Assembly (NCBI GenBank): GCA_030647355.1
Contig: JAUSIS010000006.1
Location: 26,221 to 90,220, forward strand
Direction of reading: 5' to 3'
From: a bacterium
GTDB taxonomy: Bacteria; Patescibacteriota; UBA1384; VFKW01
DNA length: 64,000 nucleotides
Numbering within the stretch: position 1 is the stretch's first letter; the number at the start of each line of letters is the position of its first letter. A program made the position numbers and the translations under genes. The notes beneath the pieces are model-generated. The model was not told where the DNA came from, made no database searches, and saw only the letters and a list, made by a program, of their open reading frames with translations. Of the stretch, positions 54,517 to 63,507 are shown in pieces.

Positions 54517-54637
54517 GGCTGTTTGTCATCATGACACGCGTTCATCCGTTCCAGCGACGGGATGCCGCTCTATCTCGGCAGTTGACCCTTCGGAACCAAG
54601 CTCAACTGCCTCCGATAGGTCACTATGACAAACAGCC
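54517..54637. repeat. Repeat family F1, copy b, flanked by the 13-bp inverted repeat GGCTGTTTGTCAT/ATGACAAACAGCC
   Basis: CACGCGTTC-[ATCCGTTCCAGCGACGGGAT]-GCCGCTCTATCTCGGC-[..]CCAAGCTCAACTGCCTCCGATAGGTC. Confidence 0.8.
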
Positions 54638-54717
54638 TTCCCAAAGATGGAGAAGTAGCATTTTGGTCTGCGAGAGACTTTTTAGTCTGACAAGTCATTT
54701 CTTAGAGAGAAGAGGCA

Positions 54718-56079
54718 ATGAAACAAATATATTTGTATAATACACTGACCCGCAAGAAGGAAGGGTTTAAGGCTATTTGCGATATGAAAGTTAAGCTCTA
54801 TGCCTGTGGTTTGACGGTGTACAGCGAGGCACATATTGGTAATTTGAGAGCCTATATTTTTGACGATCTCCTGCGTAGAGTACTTGAGTCGGACGGCTAT
54901 GAGGTTAAGCATGCAATGAATGTGACCGATGTAGGGCATTTAGTCGGCGATGGTGACGAGGGTGAGGATAAGCTGGAGCTTGGGGCAAGGCGAGAGAAAA
55001 CCGATCCCTTGGCGTTGGCTCGAAAATACGAAGAGAAGTTTTTTGAGGATCTAAGGAATCTGAATGTTGAGTTGCCCCATAAAGTTGTTCGTGCTACAGA
55101 AGCAATTAAGGAACAGATTGAACTCATAAAGTTACTAGAGGAGAAAGGTTATACATATAAAGATGAGTTTGCGATTTATTTTGATACTTCCAAGCTGTTG
55201 GATTATGGCAAATTAACTGGCCAGAAGTTAGAGGAAAAAAAGGTAGGGGCGAGGGAAGAGGTGGTGGTAGATTCGGGTAAAAAGAATCCTCAAGACTTTG
55301 CTCTTTGGTTCTTTTTGGCTGGAAAATATGAAGATCACATTTTACATTGGCCATCCCCTTGGGGAGAGGGTTTCCCAGGTTGGCATATCGAATGTTCAGC
55401 GATTTCGCGGGCGACATTGGGTCAGCCATTTGATATTCATTTAGGTGGCGTTGATCATATTGGTACTCATCATACAAATGAAATTGCGCAGAGCGAAGCG
55501 GCTTACGGTTTGCCACTGGCGCATTTCTGGTTGCACAATGAGTATCTAATGGTGGATGGGCAGAAGATGTCTAAAAGCTTAGGTAATGTTTACACTCTAG
55601 CTGATTTGAAAAAGAAGGGATTTGATCCTGTGGATTTCCGGTACTTTATTTTGGGTGGTCATTATCGTTCGAAATTGAATTTTACATGGCAGGCGCTGGA
55701 AGGAGCGAGGGCGACACTAAGGAAGATACGGGCATTGGAAGATATTCCTTCAGCACTTGAAAATTCGGGAAAAGAGGATATTAAAGCTAAGGTGCGGGCG
55801 GCTTTATTTGATGATTTAGATACTCCACGAGCTTTAGCGATACTTCATGAAGCGAATGATTTTTCGTTATGGAAGGACTTTGAGAATGTCTTGGCTTTAG
55901 ATATTGAAGCAGTTGAGACAAGAGAGATTCCGTCTGAGGTGCGAGATCTAGCCAAGAGGCGAGAAGAAGCGAGGGGAAAAAAAGACTGGCAATCGGCTGA
56001 TCAGATAAGAGGTGAGATAGAAAAGCTTGGTTATGGTGTGGAAGATACTGGGGAGGGAATTAAGCTTAGGCGTAAATAA
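54718..56079 (+). CDS. cysS: Cysteinyl-tRNA synthetase
   Basis: HIGH motif (EAHIGNLR), zinc-binding Cys/His (CGL, HIEC), KMSKS (KMSKSLGN). 453 aa. Confidence 0.9.
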   Translation: MKQIYLYNTLTRKKEGFKAICDMKVKLYACGLTVYSEAHIGNLRAYIFDDLLRRVLESDGYEVKHAMNVTDVGHLVGDGDEGEDKLELGARREKTDPLALARKYEEKFFEDLRNLNVELPHKVVRATEAIKEQIELIKLLEEKGYTYKDEFAIYFDTSKLLDYGKLTGQKLEEKKVGAREEVVVDSGKKNPQDFALWFFLAGKYEDHILHWPSPWGEGFPGWHIECSAISRATLGQPFDIHLGGVDHIGTHHTNEIAQSEAAYGLPLAHFWLHNEYLMVDGQKMSKSLGNVYTLADLKKKGFDPVDFRYFILGGHYRSKLNFTWQALEGARATLRKIRALEDIPSALENSGKEDIKAKVRAALFDDLDTPRALAILHEANDFSLWKDFENVLALDIEAVETREIPSEVRDLAKRREEARGKKDWQSADQIRGEIEKLGYGVEDTGEGIKLRRK

Positions 56080-56094
56080 TTGGGGCAATCTATC

Positions 56095-56123
56095 TTGACA
56101 TTTGGACAGTAGTGTGCTATACT
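56095..56123 (+). promoter_or_regulatory. Near-consensus sigma70-type promoter (TTGACA-17-TATACT)
   Basis: -35 TTGACA at 56095-56100, 17-nt spacer, -10 TATACT at 56118-56123. Directly downstream of the cysS stop. Confidence 0.6.
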
Positions 56124-56464
56124 AGCGCATAACAAAGGAAAAAAAGGAGGGCTCGTAAAGAGTCTTTCTTTGTTAGTACTTTGAGAAGGTTCAACTTAGA
56201 TGGAGTTTGTAAATACTAAGTTGGGATGTGTGTTAAAAATTTGGTGGTTGAAGTCTTGGCTGGGAATTGTGGGGCCTGATTCGTTAAATATTATGAATCA
56301 ATTTTACCTTCCTTTGCCTTTCGGGGTACTGCTCTGATGTAAATCGGGGTAGGTCCTGGTCAAGACCTTGCTCACCAAATAGTTATGTCCCGGTGGCAAG
56401 TTACATATGTATAATCACCGTAAGGTGTTTAGATATACGATCTTTGAGAAGAAAATAAAACAAC

Positions 56465-57595
56465 GTGGCCAGAGGTGGCCAAAGGAGGATGGAATCCATG
56501 AGAATGCTGAATGCTGTTTTGATTGTGCTGGTAGTGATGCCGATGCTGGCTAGTGTCAGTGTGGCACATACGACTTTGTTTCCACACACGCATAAGATCG
56601 CGGTGCTGGACGGTACGCTGGAGATTGGTATGTATCGCAACCGCGATACTGGCAATCCTAGGAACTTCATAGGCTATGTTCCGTTTGCAATAGTGAACGG
56701 ACAGCCTGTATCTGAAGGTGATGTGCCGGCCAAAGTCTGGCTTGAGATCACGTGGCGGGCATTGACCCCTCCTAGCAAGAAGGATTGCGATAAGGGGAGG
56801 AAGATGCAGATTCGCATTTCGAGTGATTCGGACTGCGATGAGCCTCGCCGACATGGACAGCCCGACGGAGTAGAGCTTTTCCGATCGTCGGATAACGCCC
56901 TGGAGCTCAGAGGCTTTCATTATATAGCAAAGTCTGAGTCTACGGGCGTGTGGTTCGACTTACTCGGAAAGAAAGACGAGATAGGCAATTCAAAGCTCGT
57001 CACTCTGAGAGTAACTCCTGTTTCCGTGAATGAGTGGATTGAAAACCCGGGTGGCGACTGCATGTCGCAGCTCGGCGGAACTCCACAAAGACAGGAATCT
57101 CAACCACAATCTGTCCCCGATTGGCGCGGTAAGACAGATCGTCAGCAGTATGACGATCGCGACTATGACAAGCGTAATGACAGTGACCAGGAAGATCGCG
57201 ATTGGGACACTCGACGAGATCAAGATCGGGATGATCGTGACTGGGACACTCGCGATAAGCGCGACCAGGATGATTATCGTGACAGTGAATCGCAAAACTG
57301 GAAGCCTCTCGAGGTTAACCATAAAGTCAAGGGTAAAGCCCTTGAAGTTAGGTTGGTTGACCGTAAGGGTGGAAAGTTCTGCGGTACCGGAACGATCATG
57401 ATTTCGGCCGGAGACGTTACGGTGGAGAGATCTGTCCGTGATGGGCGTTACCTGAGTGATGGTCGCTGGTGTGACTTTGATGGATCGTTTACGATCCCAA
57501 ATCGCACTGGGAGATACCGACAATTCAGAGTTGTAGCCGTTGGTTTCGAGAGATTCGAGATTGATGGCGACTGCGTGAAAGTCTGTGGAAAGTAG
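56465..57595 (+). CDS. Secreted hypothetical protein with an Asp/Arg-rich (DRDWDTR..) low-complexity segment; GC-rich
   Basis: Signal peptide MRMLNAVLIVLVVMPMLASVSVAHT. Central DRDYDKRNDSDQEDRDWDTRRDQDRDDRDWDTRDKRDQDDYRD. Local GC ~50% versus ~40% elsewhere. Confidence 0.5.
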   Translation: MARGGQRRMESMRMLNAVLIVLVVMPMLASVSVAHTTLFPHTHKIAVLDGTLEIGMYRNRDTGNPRNFIGYVPFAIVNGQPVSEGDVPAKVWLEITWRALTPPSKKDCDKGRKMQIRISSDSDCDEPRRHGQPDGVELFRSSDNALELRGFHYIAKSESTGVWFDLLGKKDEIGNSKLVTLRVTPVSVNEWIENPGGDCMSQLGGTPQRQESQPQSVPDWRGKTDRQQYDDRDYDKRNDSDQEDRDWDTRRDQDRDDRDWDTRDKRDQDDYRDSESQNWKPLEVNHKVKGKALEVRLVDRKGGKFCGTGTIMISAGDVTVERSVRDGRYLSDGRWCDFDGSFTIPNRTGRYRQFRVVAVGFERFEIDGDCVKVCGK

Positions 57596-57598
57596 GAG

Positions 57599-58513
57599 GT
57601 GTCCGAAATGAAGCAAGTAATGGTAGTAACACTGTTGGTACTTCTCGCCCTATCCGGGCTTGCCTGGGCAGGAGCGGAGATTGGCGATTTCGATACCGGA
57701 TCCTCTTACCAGGATAACGGGGATCGTGATCGTGATCGTAATGATGATAGCTACAAGCTGGAAGACCGGACGGACTCTGGCTCGAAAGAGACTGACCGTA
57801 AGACAGAGTTCCAGAGGTTCAACTTCAAGTCCGTCTATTACGTAGATCCTGCGGCAATCGTTGCTCAAGGCAAGCTTGAAGAGCTGCGAGGTAAGAATAT
57901 CATGTGTCTTTCTCTTCGAAGGAGTACGATGGCTGGTGGCCATGCGAATGACCTTCAGGTCGACTTCTTCTGGGGGGATTTCCCGGACAGGGTCTATGAG
58001 AAGAACGGCAGAATCTTCTACGACTGGTGCGACAACCAGTTGGTTGCAGTCGCATTGGAGCAGGACATAAATATATCGGTGAAGTCTGAATTCATCACTT
58101 ATGTCCAGAAGATATGCGAGAAGTACATTGAGAGTCGCGGTTACAGCTTGCCAAGCTATCCTAAGGAGGAATACGCTCTGAAAGTTAAGAAGCCGCATTA
58201 CTTCCGAAGGCCCGGCGGCGGACAACCGGCTAGCCTGGACTACTATGCTGAACGGCATCAAGGGATCGTGCAAATCCTTCTTGGCGCCGTCTGGAACATC
58301 GGCGGTGGGACGCGTATAAACAATGATGTGAAGGGCGGACAAGGCGGCCAAGGTGGCGAAGGCGGTGAAGGCGGGAATGGCTATGGGGCTGCAGCGGCAG
58401 CCGCCTCGTCATCTGCCGCTGTCGGAGGAGCTGCTGTGACGCCGACGAGTGCTACCAGTTTCCATGGGGAAACGTCGGGTGCCACAGGCTCGGCTGCCGA
58501 CGGCGGCCAATAA
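57599..58513 (+). CDS. Secreted hypothetical protein with DRDRDRND segment and Gly/Ala-rich C-terminus; GC-rich
   Basis: Signal peptide MKQVMVVTLLVLLALSGLAWAGAE. GDRDRDRNDD near the N-terminus. C-terminal GGQGGQGGEGGEGGNGYGAAAAAASSSAAVGGAAV. Confidence 0.5.
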   Translation: MSEMKQVMVVTLLVLLALSGLAWAGAEIGDFDTGSSYQDNGDRDRDRNDDSYKLEDRTDSGSKETDRKTEFQRFNFKSVYYVDPAAIVAQGKLEELRGKNIMCLSLRRSTMAGGHANDLQVDFFWGDFPDRVYEKNGRIFYDWCDNQLVAVALEQDINISVKSEFITYVQKICEKYIESRGYSLPSYPKEEYALKVKKPHYFRRPGGGQPASLDYYAERHQGIVQILLGAVWNIGGGTRINNDVKGGQGGQGGEGGEGGNGYGAAAAAASSSAAVGGAAVTPTSATSFHGETSGATGSAADGGQ

Positions 58514-58811
58514 CAACAACTAGCCCAGCTTCGGCTGAGGCGGTGAAGGGGAGGAGGTCTTAATTCCTCCCCTTCACACTGACTTTCTTGAAGATGAATT
58601 TGGTTAATTCTATATAGGATTAACGAAATGCATCTTTTAGAATCATCTAGGAGATGAGAGTGGGTCTATCGTCAAATACCATTTTGGCTGCAAATTGACA
58701 TTACGGTCTGCAAATTCACAAAAGCTCCTTAGCTTATCTACTATTGATAAACTTCGTCCCTTTTGCAAATTTTCGACTGCGTACTGAACAATTTTCGCTT
58801 CAAAAGCGTAT

Positions 58812-59483
58812 TTGACGATAGACCCAAGTAATATAACTGGAGGTTATATGACCAAACTACATTATGGGGGGATTGCCCTAGGTCTGGTGCTAGCTTTGTC
58901 CGTGGCAAACGTGGCATTAGCGAGCACGTCTTCGACCAGCTCTACTTCTGCATCAGGTGGGTCGAGCGCAGTAGTGGTCTCCGGCAATAGTGCCGGTGCG
59001 ACCTCGGAGCATAGTGAAACTTCTGGTACAAGCGGTACCAGCGGAAGCGGTACTTCAACTACCACTTCCAACACTCCTCCCAGCCAGCCTAGTTCGGGTG
59101 GAACAAGTTCAACTTCTTCTACCAGTGCATCTGGCGGATCGAGTGCTGCGGTAGTATCTGGTAATGGTGCTGCTGCTACGTCAGAACATTCCGAGACTTC
59201 TGGATCAAGCGGATCCAGTTCAGGTAGTTCTTCGAGTTCTACTCCTAGCTCTACCTCGAGTACTTCGTCTTCGGGTGGTTCTAGCGCAGCTGTCGCTACT
59301 TCTACTCCTAAAACTACGCCCACAAAAACCGTAGTTACAACTACCGAAACGGCTTCTGGAACATTGCCTCAAGCCGGTGCTTCAGTAGCATTCCCTGCAT
59401 TACTCGCTGTTCTAAGCGGTGCGGCAGGTATCTATTGGAAGCAAAAAGGAGCTGGTGGATTTATCCTAAATCCTAAGTTCTAA
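58812..59483 (+). CDS. Ser/Thr/Gly-rich cell-surface protein with a C-terminal sortase-type sorting signal (LPQAG + TM + KQKG)
   Basis: Signal peptide. Two internal ~55-aa repeats (SSTSSTSASGGSSA(V/A)VVSGN..ATSEHSETSG). C-terminus GTLPQAGASVAFPALLAVLSGAAGIYWKQKG. Confidence 0.55.
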   Translation: MTIDPSNITGGYMTKLHYGGIALGLVLALSVANVALASTSSTSSTSASGGSSAVVVSGNSAGATSEHSETSGTSGTSGSGTSTTTSNTPPSQPSSGGTSSTSSTSASGGSSAAVVSGNGAAATSEHSETSGSSGSSSGSSSSSTPSSTSSTSSSGGSSAAVATSTPKTTPTKTVVTTTETASGTLPQAGASVAFPALLAVLSGAAGIYWKQKGAGGFILNPKF

Positions 59484-59496
59484 GAGGAATAGTAAA

Positions 59497-59526
59497 GAAA
59501 AAACACCCAATTGGGTGTTTTTTCTT
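59497..59526 (+). terminator. Intrinsic terminator after the surface-protein gene
   Basis: AAAAAACACCCAATTGGGTGTTTTTTC. Confidence 0.75.
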
Positions 59527-59643
59527 ATGTCTAAGATCGGTTTTGCCCGCTCGGTCTGCGGGATGCCCTTTCAGGGAAGATACCTTACATAACTTGCCCA
59601 AGAGGTTGAGAAGTGGTAACATTAACCTGTAGTAGGAGATTTT

Positions 59644-60621
59644 GTGGATATACAAAAAAGGAAAGAAGATCTTAGAGAGCTTTTGAAGATTGGTCCAAAA
59701 GAAGCAAGAATTAATGAGATTCAGGAGAAAATGAGCGATCCTTCTTTTTGGTCTGATCGGGAAAAATCTCTGGTATTAACTCAAGAGCTGACGACTCTGC
59801 AGGGTATTATTAAAAAATTTGATGGTGCCAATGACGAGAAATCTATTGAGGGATTAGAAACACAAGCTTTACTTTCCGGAGAATATGATTTGAATAACGC
59901 GATTATTTCTTTAAGCGCAGGGGCGGGCGGGACAGAAGCGCAGGACTGGACTGAGATGCTATTTCGTATGTATGGCCGCTGGGCGGAAAGAAAAGAGTTT
60001 AAGTTTGAGGTACTTAGTATGTCAGAAGGCGAAGAAGCAGGATTGAAGAGCGCTACAGCAAGAGTAATGGGGCCATTTGCGTATGGTTATTTATCTTGTG
60101 AAGCAGGGGTTCATCGTCTTGTCCGGTTATCGCCGTTTGATGCCGATCATGCTCGGCATACTTCTTTTGCACTTTTGGAAGTGACTCCGGAAATTGATAA
60201 AGCAGAGGTAGAAATTGATCCAAAAGATTTAAAGATTGATGTATTTCGATCAGGTGGGCATGGCGGTCAAAGTGTTAACACAACTGATTCAGCGGTGCGA
60301 ATAACGCATTTGCCGACTGGTATTGTGGTTACTTGCCAGAATGAGCGCTCGCAATTGCAAAACAGAGAGATGGCGCTAAAGATATTAAAGTCTCGGCTTA
60401 TGATTAAGGAAAAGGCGCAAAAGAAGGCGCAGGAAAGGAAGATTAAGGGGGAGCTGGAATCGGCCGAGTGGGGGAGTCAGATAAGATCGTATGTTTTGCA
60501 CCCTTATCAAATGGTTAAAGATCACCGCACAGAATATGAAACAGCTAATACGCAGGCAGTTCTTGGTGGAGATATTGATGGGTTTATTGAAGCATGTTTA
60601 AAGAAGAGAGCTCTAGAGTAA
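59644..60621 (+). CDS. prfB: Peptide chain release factor 2 (short N-terminus, GTG start, no +1 frameshift found)
   Basis: SPF motif (LVRLSPFDA), GGQ motif (SGGHGGQSVN). Alignment to E. coli RF2 begins after the position of its frameshift site. RBS TAGGAG 6 nt before the GTG. Confidence 0.8.
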   Translation: MDIQKRKEDLRELLKIGPKEARINEIQEKMSDPSFWSDREKSLVLTQELTTLQGIIKKFDGANDEKSIEGLETQALLSGEYDLNNAIISLSAGAGGTEAQDWTEMLFRMYGRWAERKEFKFEVLSMSEGEEAGLKSATARVMGPFAYGYLSCEAGVHRLVRLSPFDADHARHTSFALLEVTPEIDKAEVEIDPKDLKIDVFRSGGHGGQSVNTTDSAVRITHLPTGIVVTCQNERSQLQNREMALKILKSRLMIKEKAQKKAQERKIKGELESAEWGSQIRSYVLHPYQMVKDHRTEYETANTQAVLGGDIDGFIEACLKKRALE

Positions 60622-60633
60622 TCGCAATATCTT

Positions 60634-60769
60634 CGCCTTTCGAAGCACGCGTTCAATTTTTCCAGCGAAAATTGCCGCTCTATCTCGGCTCGCAACCCAG
60701 CCCTTTTTACAAAAGAGCTGGGACCAAGCTTGCTTCACCTCCGATAGGCATCTCAATGGAAGATATTGC
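60634..60769. repeat. Repeat family F1, copy c, flanked by the 11-bp inverted repeat GCAATATCTTC/GAAGATATTGC
   Basis: CACGCGTTC-[AATTTTTCCAGCGAAAATT]-GCCGCTCTATCTCGGC-[..CCCAGCCC.TTT.AGAGCTGGG..]ACCAAGCTTGCTTCACCTCCGATAGGC. Confidence 0.8.
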
Positions 60770-60818
60770 TCTTTAGAAGTTGCAAGACTATAATAACAAG
60801 GTAAGAAAGGAAGAAAAT

Positions 60819-61124
60819 ATGTTTGATAAAGCAAAGCAGATGTACGATCTGCAGAAGAAAGCAAAAGCAATGCAAAAGGAATTGAAGGCGACAGAGATTG
60901 AGGCGAAAAGTACGGACGGGCGGGTTACAATTATTTTTAACGGCGAACAGAGACTGCAGGACATTCAAATTGATGAATCTTTGATGGGAAAGGATAATAA
61001 AATAGAGTTGGAGAAATTACTTGAAAGAACCATAAATGAAGCGATCTCGAGAGCCCAAGTAGTAGCGGCGGAGAAGACAAAAGCGATTATGAAGGATATG
61101 AATTTAAATATACCGGGAATGTAA
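60819..61124 (+). CDS. ybaB: Nucleoid-associated protein YbaB/EbfC family
   Basis: MFDKAKQMYDLQKKAKAMQKEL...VTIIFNGEQRLQDIQIDESLM matches the YbaB pattern. The ORF opens at 60780; the Met at 60819 is preferred. Confidence 0.75.
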   Translation: MFDKAKQMYDLQKKAKAMQKELKATEIEAKSTDGRVTIIFNGEQRLQDIQIDESLMGKDNKIELEKLLERTINEAISRAQVVAAEKTKAIMKDMNLNIPGM

Positions 61125-61240
61125 CTCGGCGATGAGGGTATAAGCTATTCGGGAAGCGTTTCTCCGCCATCCGCCAATCGGCGGAGGCGGATGCACTACG
61201 CTTAACTTCCCTCATAGCACATACCCTCATCTTAATTGCT
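61125..61240. repeat. Repeat family F2, copy 3, closed by the perfect 11-bp helix GATGAGGGTAT/ATACCCTCATC
   Basis: ..TTCGGGAAGCGTTTCTCCGCCATCCGCCAATCGGCGGAGGCGGATGCACTACGCTTAACTTCCCTCATAGCAC.. Confidence 0.8.
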
Positions 61241-61269
61241 TTGATATTCTGCAGAGGAAGGAGAAGGGG

Positions 61270-61833
61270 ATGAAAATGATTGTGGGGTTGGGAAACCCAG
61301 GTGAAAAATATAAAAATACAAGACATAATGTTGGTTTTTTAGTTCTCGACGAGTTAGCGAGGCATTTTGGGGCGACTTTCAAATTGGAAAAGAAATTTGA
61401 AGCTGAGATATTGAAGACCACGTTGACTGGTGAAGAGGTTTTATTGGTTAAGCCAATGGCGTTTATGAATCTGTCAGGATCTGTGGTTAGAGATTTAGTT
61501 AATTTTTATAAGATCGATTTGTCGGATGTTTGGGTTATTTATGATGATATTGATCTTCCGTTGGGTGAAATCAGGGTACGGAAAGAGGGACGATCGGGTG
61601 GTCATAAAGGTTTGGAATCTATTATTGAGGAATTAAAGACAGATCAAATTTCGAGGATAAAAATCGGGATTGGCCGACCGGATGATGAACGTGAAGCTGA
61701 AGATTACGTACTGGAGTCATTTGAAAACGACGAGCTGCCAATTATTAAAACAGTAATAAGTAAGGTAGGGGAGTTAGTTTTAGTGGCGCTTGAGCAGGAT
61801 AACCTTGACAGTAAGAGCATTTCTATCATATAA
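61270..61833 (+). CDS. pth: Peptidyl-tRNA hydrolase
   Basis: MIVGLGNPGEKYKNTRHNVGF with catalytic His, GHKG region. 187 aa. Confidence 0.9.
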   Translation: MKMIVGLGNPGEKYKNTRHNVGFLVLDELARHFGATFKLEKKFEAEILKTTLTGEEVLLVKPMAFMNLSGSVVRDLVNFYKIDLSDVWVIYDDIDLPLGEIRVRKEGRSGGHKGLESIIEELKTDQISRIKIGIGRPDDEREAEDYVLESFENDELPIIKTVISKVGELVLVALEQDNLDSKSISII

Positions 61834-61987
61834 TAAGGTGTAATTTTAATATGTGGGACCCCGCTCTTTCTAAGCTTGAAAATCTATCCGGCTGTTTATG
61901 GCTAAGTGGTAAATAAGCTGGCGTGGATTATTTGAGTTTTGAAAGGGCGGGGGTTAGTACCACTGCCCGAATGGGCAAGGAGTAATA

Positions 61988-62866
61988 ATGCCAAAGAAGA
62001 AACAGGTTAAAGAGGAGCAGGACAATCCTGTCGTAGAAGTTGAAGAAGAAGCATTAGTTGATTCGGAAGAGGACAGAGAAGAAGAGAAAAACTTGGGAAT
62101 AGATGACACTGACGAAAATTTACAGGAGGAGACTCAAATAAAAAAAGTAGTAGGGGATGTAGCGGGACTACCTTCTGAGGTGGCTGCTATTAATACTGAT
62201 AATGAGACTGCCCGAGAGGCAACTAAAAAAGTTCAAGGGACAACGAATAAAAATAAATCGAGAAGCAAAAGATACATTACCGCTGTTAGTAAGGTTGATA
62301 AAAATAAGAAATACACGATTGACGAAGCTATAGAATTAGCAAAAGAAACTTCGAGTACGAAGTTTGAAGGATCGGTTGAGTTGCATGTAAAACTATCCGA
62401 GAAAAAAAGCAAGAAAAAAGGAACTGATGAATTGGCTCGAGGGATTTTGCATCTACCGCATGGAATGGGGAAAGAGCTGAAAGTTATTGTCTTAGACGAA
62501 AACAAGATCGAAGAAATTGCTAAAACAAAGAAAGTTGATTTTGATGTGGCGATAGCTACTCCCGCTTTGATGCCTAAAATGGGTAAGATCGCCAAGATTT
62601 TAGGTCCAAAAGGAAAAATGCCAAATCCAAAGACCGGGACTGTGAGTGATGATCCCGAGAAAGTAAAAGAAGAAATTAAGAATGGTAAGGTAGAATATAA
62701 GGTAGATGCTAATAATGTTGTTCACCAGATGATCGGAAAGACCAGTTGGGATAGTATAAAACTCAAAGAGAATTTTCAAGTAGTGATGCAGGCGTTGCCT
62801 AAAAATAGAGTGCAATCTGTCGCTCTTTCGACGACGATGGGACCGGGGATTAAAGTAGAGTACTAA
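61988..62866 (+). CDS. rplA: 50S ribosomal protein L1 with ~90-aa acidic/lysine-rich N-terminal extension
   Basis: From residue ~95: KRYITAVSKVDKNKKYTIDEAIELAKE..FEGSVELHVKL..PHG...KVIV is the uL1 core. The N-terminus is EEE/KK low complexity. Confidence 0.8.
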   Translation: MPKKKQVKEEQDNPVVEVEEEALVDSEEDREEEKNLGIDDTDENLQEETQIKKVVGDVAGLPSEVAAINTDNETAREATKKVQGTTNKNKSRSKRYITAVSKVDKNKKYTIDEAIELAKETSSTKFEGSVELHVKLSEKKSKKKGTDELARGILHLPHGMGKELKVIVLDENKIEEIAKTKKVDFDVAIATPALMPKMGKIAKILGPKGKMPNPKTGTVSDDPEKVKEEIKNGKVEYKVDANNVVHQMIGKTSWDSIKLKENFQVVMQALPKNRVQSVALSTTMGPGIKVEY

Positions 62867-62867
62867 T

Positions 62868-63000
62868 TCAAGAGTATATCTTTCAAAGACACGCGTTCGT
62901 CCGCTCCTGCGGCGGATGCCGCTCGCCCTCGGATTCCTTTCGCCTTCGGCGAACCAAGCAAGAAATCCTGCGAGAGGTCTTCTCAAAACATACTCTTGAA
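62868..63000. repeat. Repeat family F1, copy d, flanked by the inverted repeat TTCAAGAGTAT/ATACTCTTGAA
   Basis: ACACGCGTTC-[GTCCGCTCCTGCGGCGGAT]-GCCGCTCGCCCTCGGA-[TTCCTTTCGCCTTCGGCGAA]-CCAAGCAAGAAATCCTGCGAGAGGTC. Confidence 0.8.
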
Positions 63001-63084
63001 TTCAAAGAGAGAGTGGAAAAGGGTAACAAAAAAATAGTTTGTAGGTACTTTAAGTAGTAGTTGGTTTTTCCATTAGAGTTTTTG

Positions 63085-63459
63085 TTACAATTGAGCAATA
63101 GGGGTGAATATACCTTCCTTGACTATTACGGTAGGTGGGCAACCTGGCGACATACCCTTGGTGATTTGAACAGTACCTTCTGTGTTTTTATATGTAACGA
63201 GTATTGTTTTTCTGTCCATGTTGACAATTGCGCAGGTAGAACCGATTCCACGAACCATTTTACTGGATTGGTCGGAGTAAGTTTGCAAGGAATCGTCAAT
63301 AGGGTAAAAAGTGACGTTTGCCAAAGGAGTGGCTTGGGTGATTTTTGGTGTTGGAACAGGCGTTGCAGTATTATATTGCATCATATAAATAATTGCTCCT
63401 GCTGTTAGTAAGGTAATGGTAACAAGGATGATTAATAAAACCAAGGTTCGCTTTTCCAT
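63085..63459 (-). CDS. Hypothetical N-terminally anchored small protein, the only minus-strand gene in this ribosomal region
   Basis: TM anchor LVLLIILVTITLLTAGAIIYMM, then a Pro/Thr linker and a ~80-aa domain with two Cys. No known motif. Confidence 0.4.
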   Translation of the reverse strand: MEKRTLVLLIILVTITLLTAGAIIYMMQYNTATPVPTPKITQATPLANVTFYPIDDSLQTYSDQSSKMVRGIGSTCAIVNMDRKTILVTYKNTEGTVQITKGMSPGCPPTVIVKEGIFTPIAQL

Positions 63460-63472
63460 TATGTCCTCCTTG

Positions 63473-63501
63473 TTGACATTGTAGAGTATTTTTCGTATAA
63501 T
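63473..63501 (+). promoter_or_regulatory. Consensus sigma70-type promoter TTGACA-17-TATAAT driving rplJ
   Basis: -35 TTGACA at 63473-63478, 17-nt spacer, -10 TATAAT at 63496-63501. Confidence 0.65.
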
Positions 63502-63507
63502 TAAAAC

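Noticed and set aside
56200-56337. 45-codon ORF (MEFVNTKLGCVLKIWWLKSWLGIV..) downstream of the 56095 promoter
   Set aside because: No convincing RBS, odd composition and no recognisable family. The region is recorded as a candidate ncRNA or leader instead.
57650-59323. Long antisense ORFs 57650-58351(-) and 58862-59323(-), and 57030-57401(+) / 56990-57616(-)
   Set aside because: They lie in the GC-rich island where stop codons are rare in all frames. They have no RBS, they overlap well-supported sense-strand genes with signal peptides, and they encode low-complexity peptides.
59520-59645. Programmed +1 frameshift and ORF0 for prfB
   Set aside because: No in-frame upstream ORF with a start codon and no CUU-UGA or slippery site was found in any frame. 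A GTG start with a good SD is present instead.
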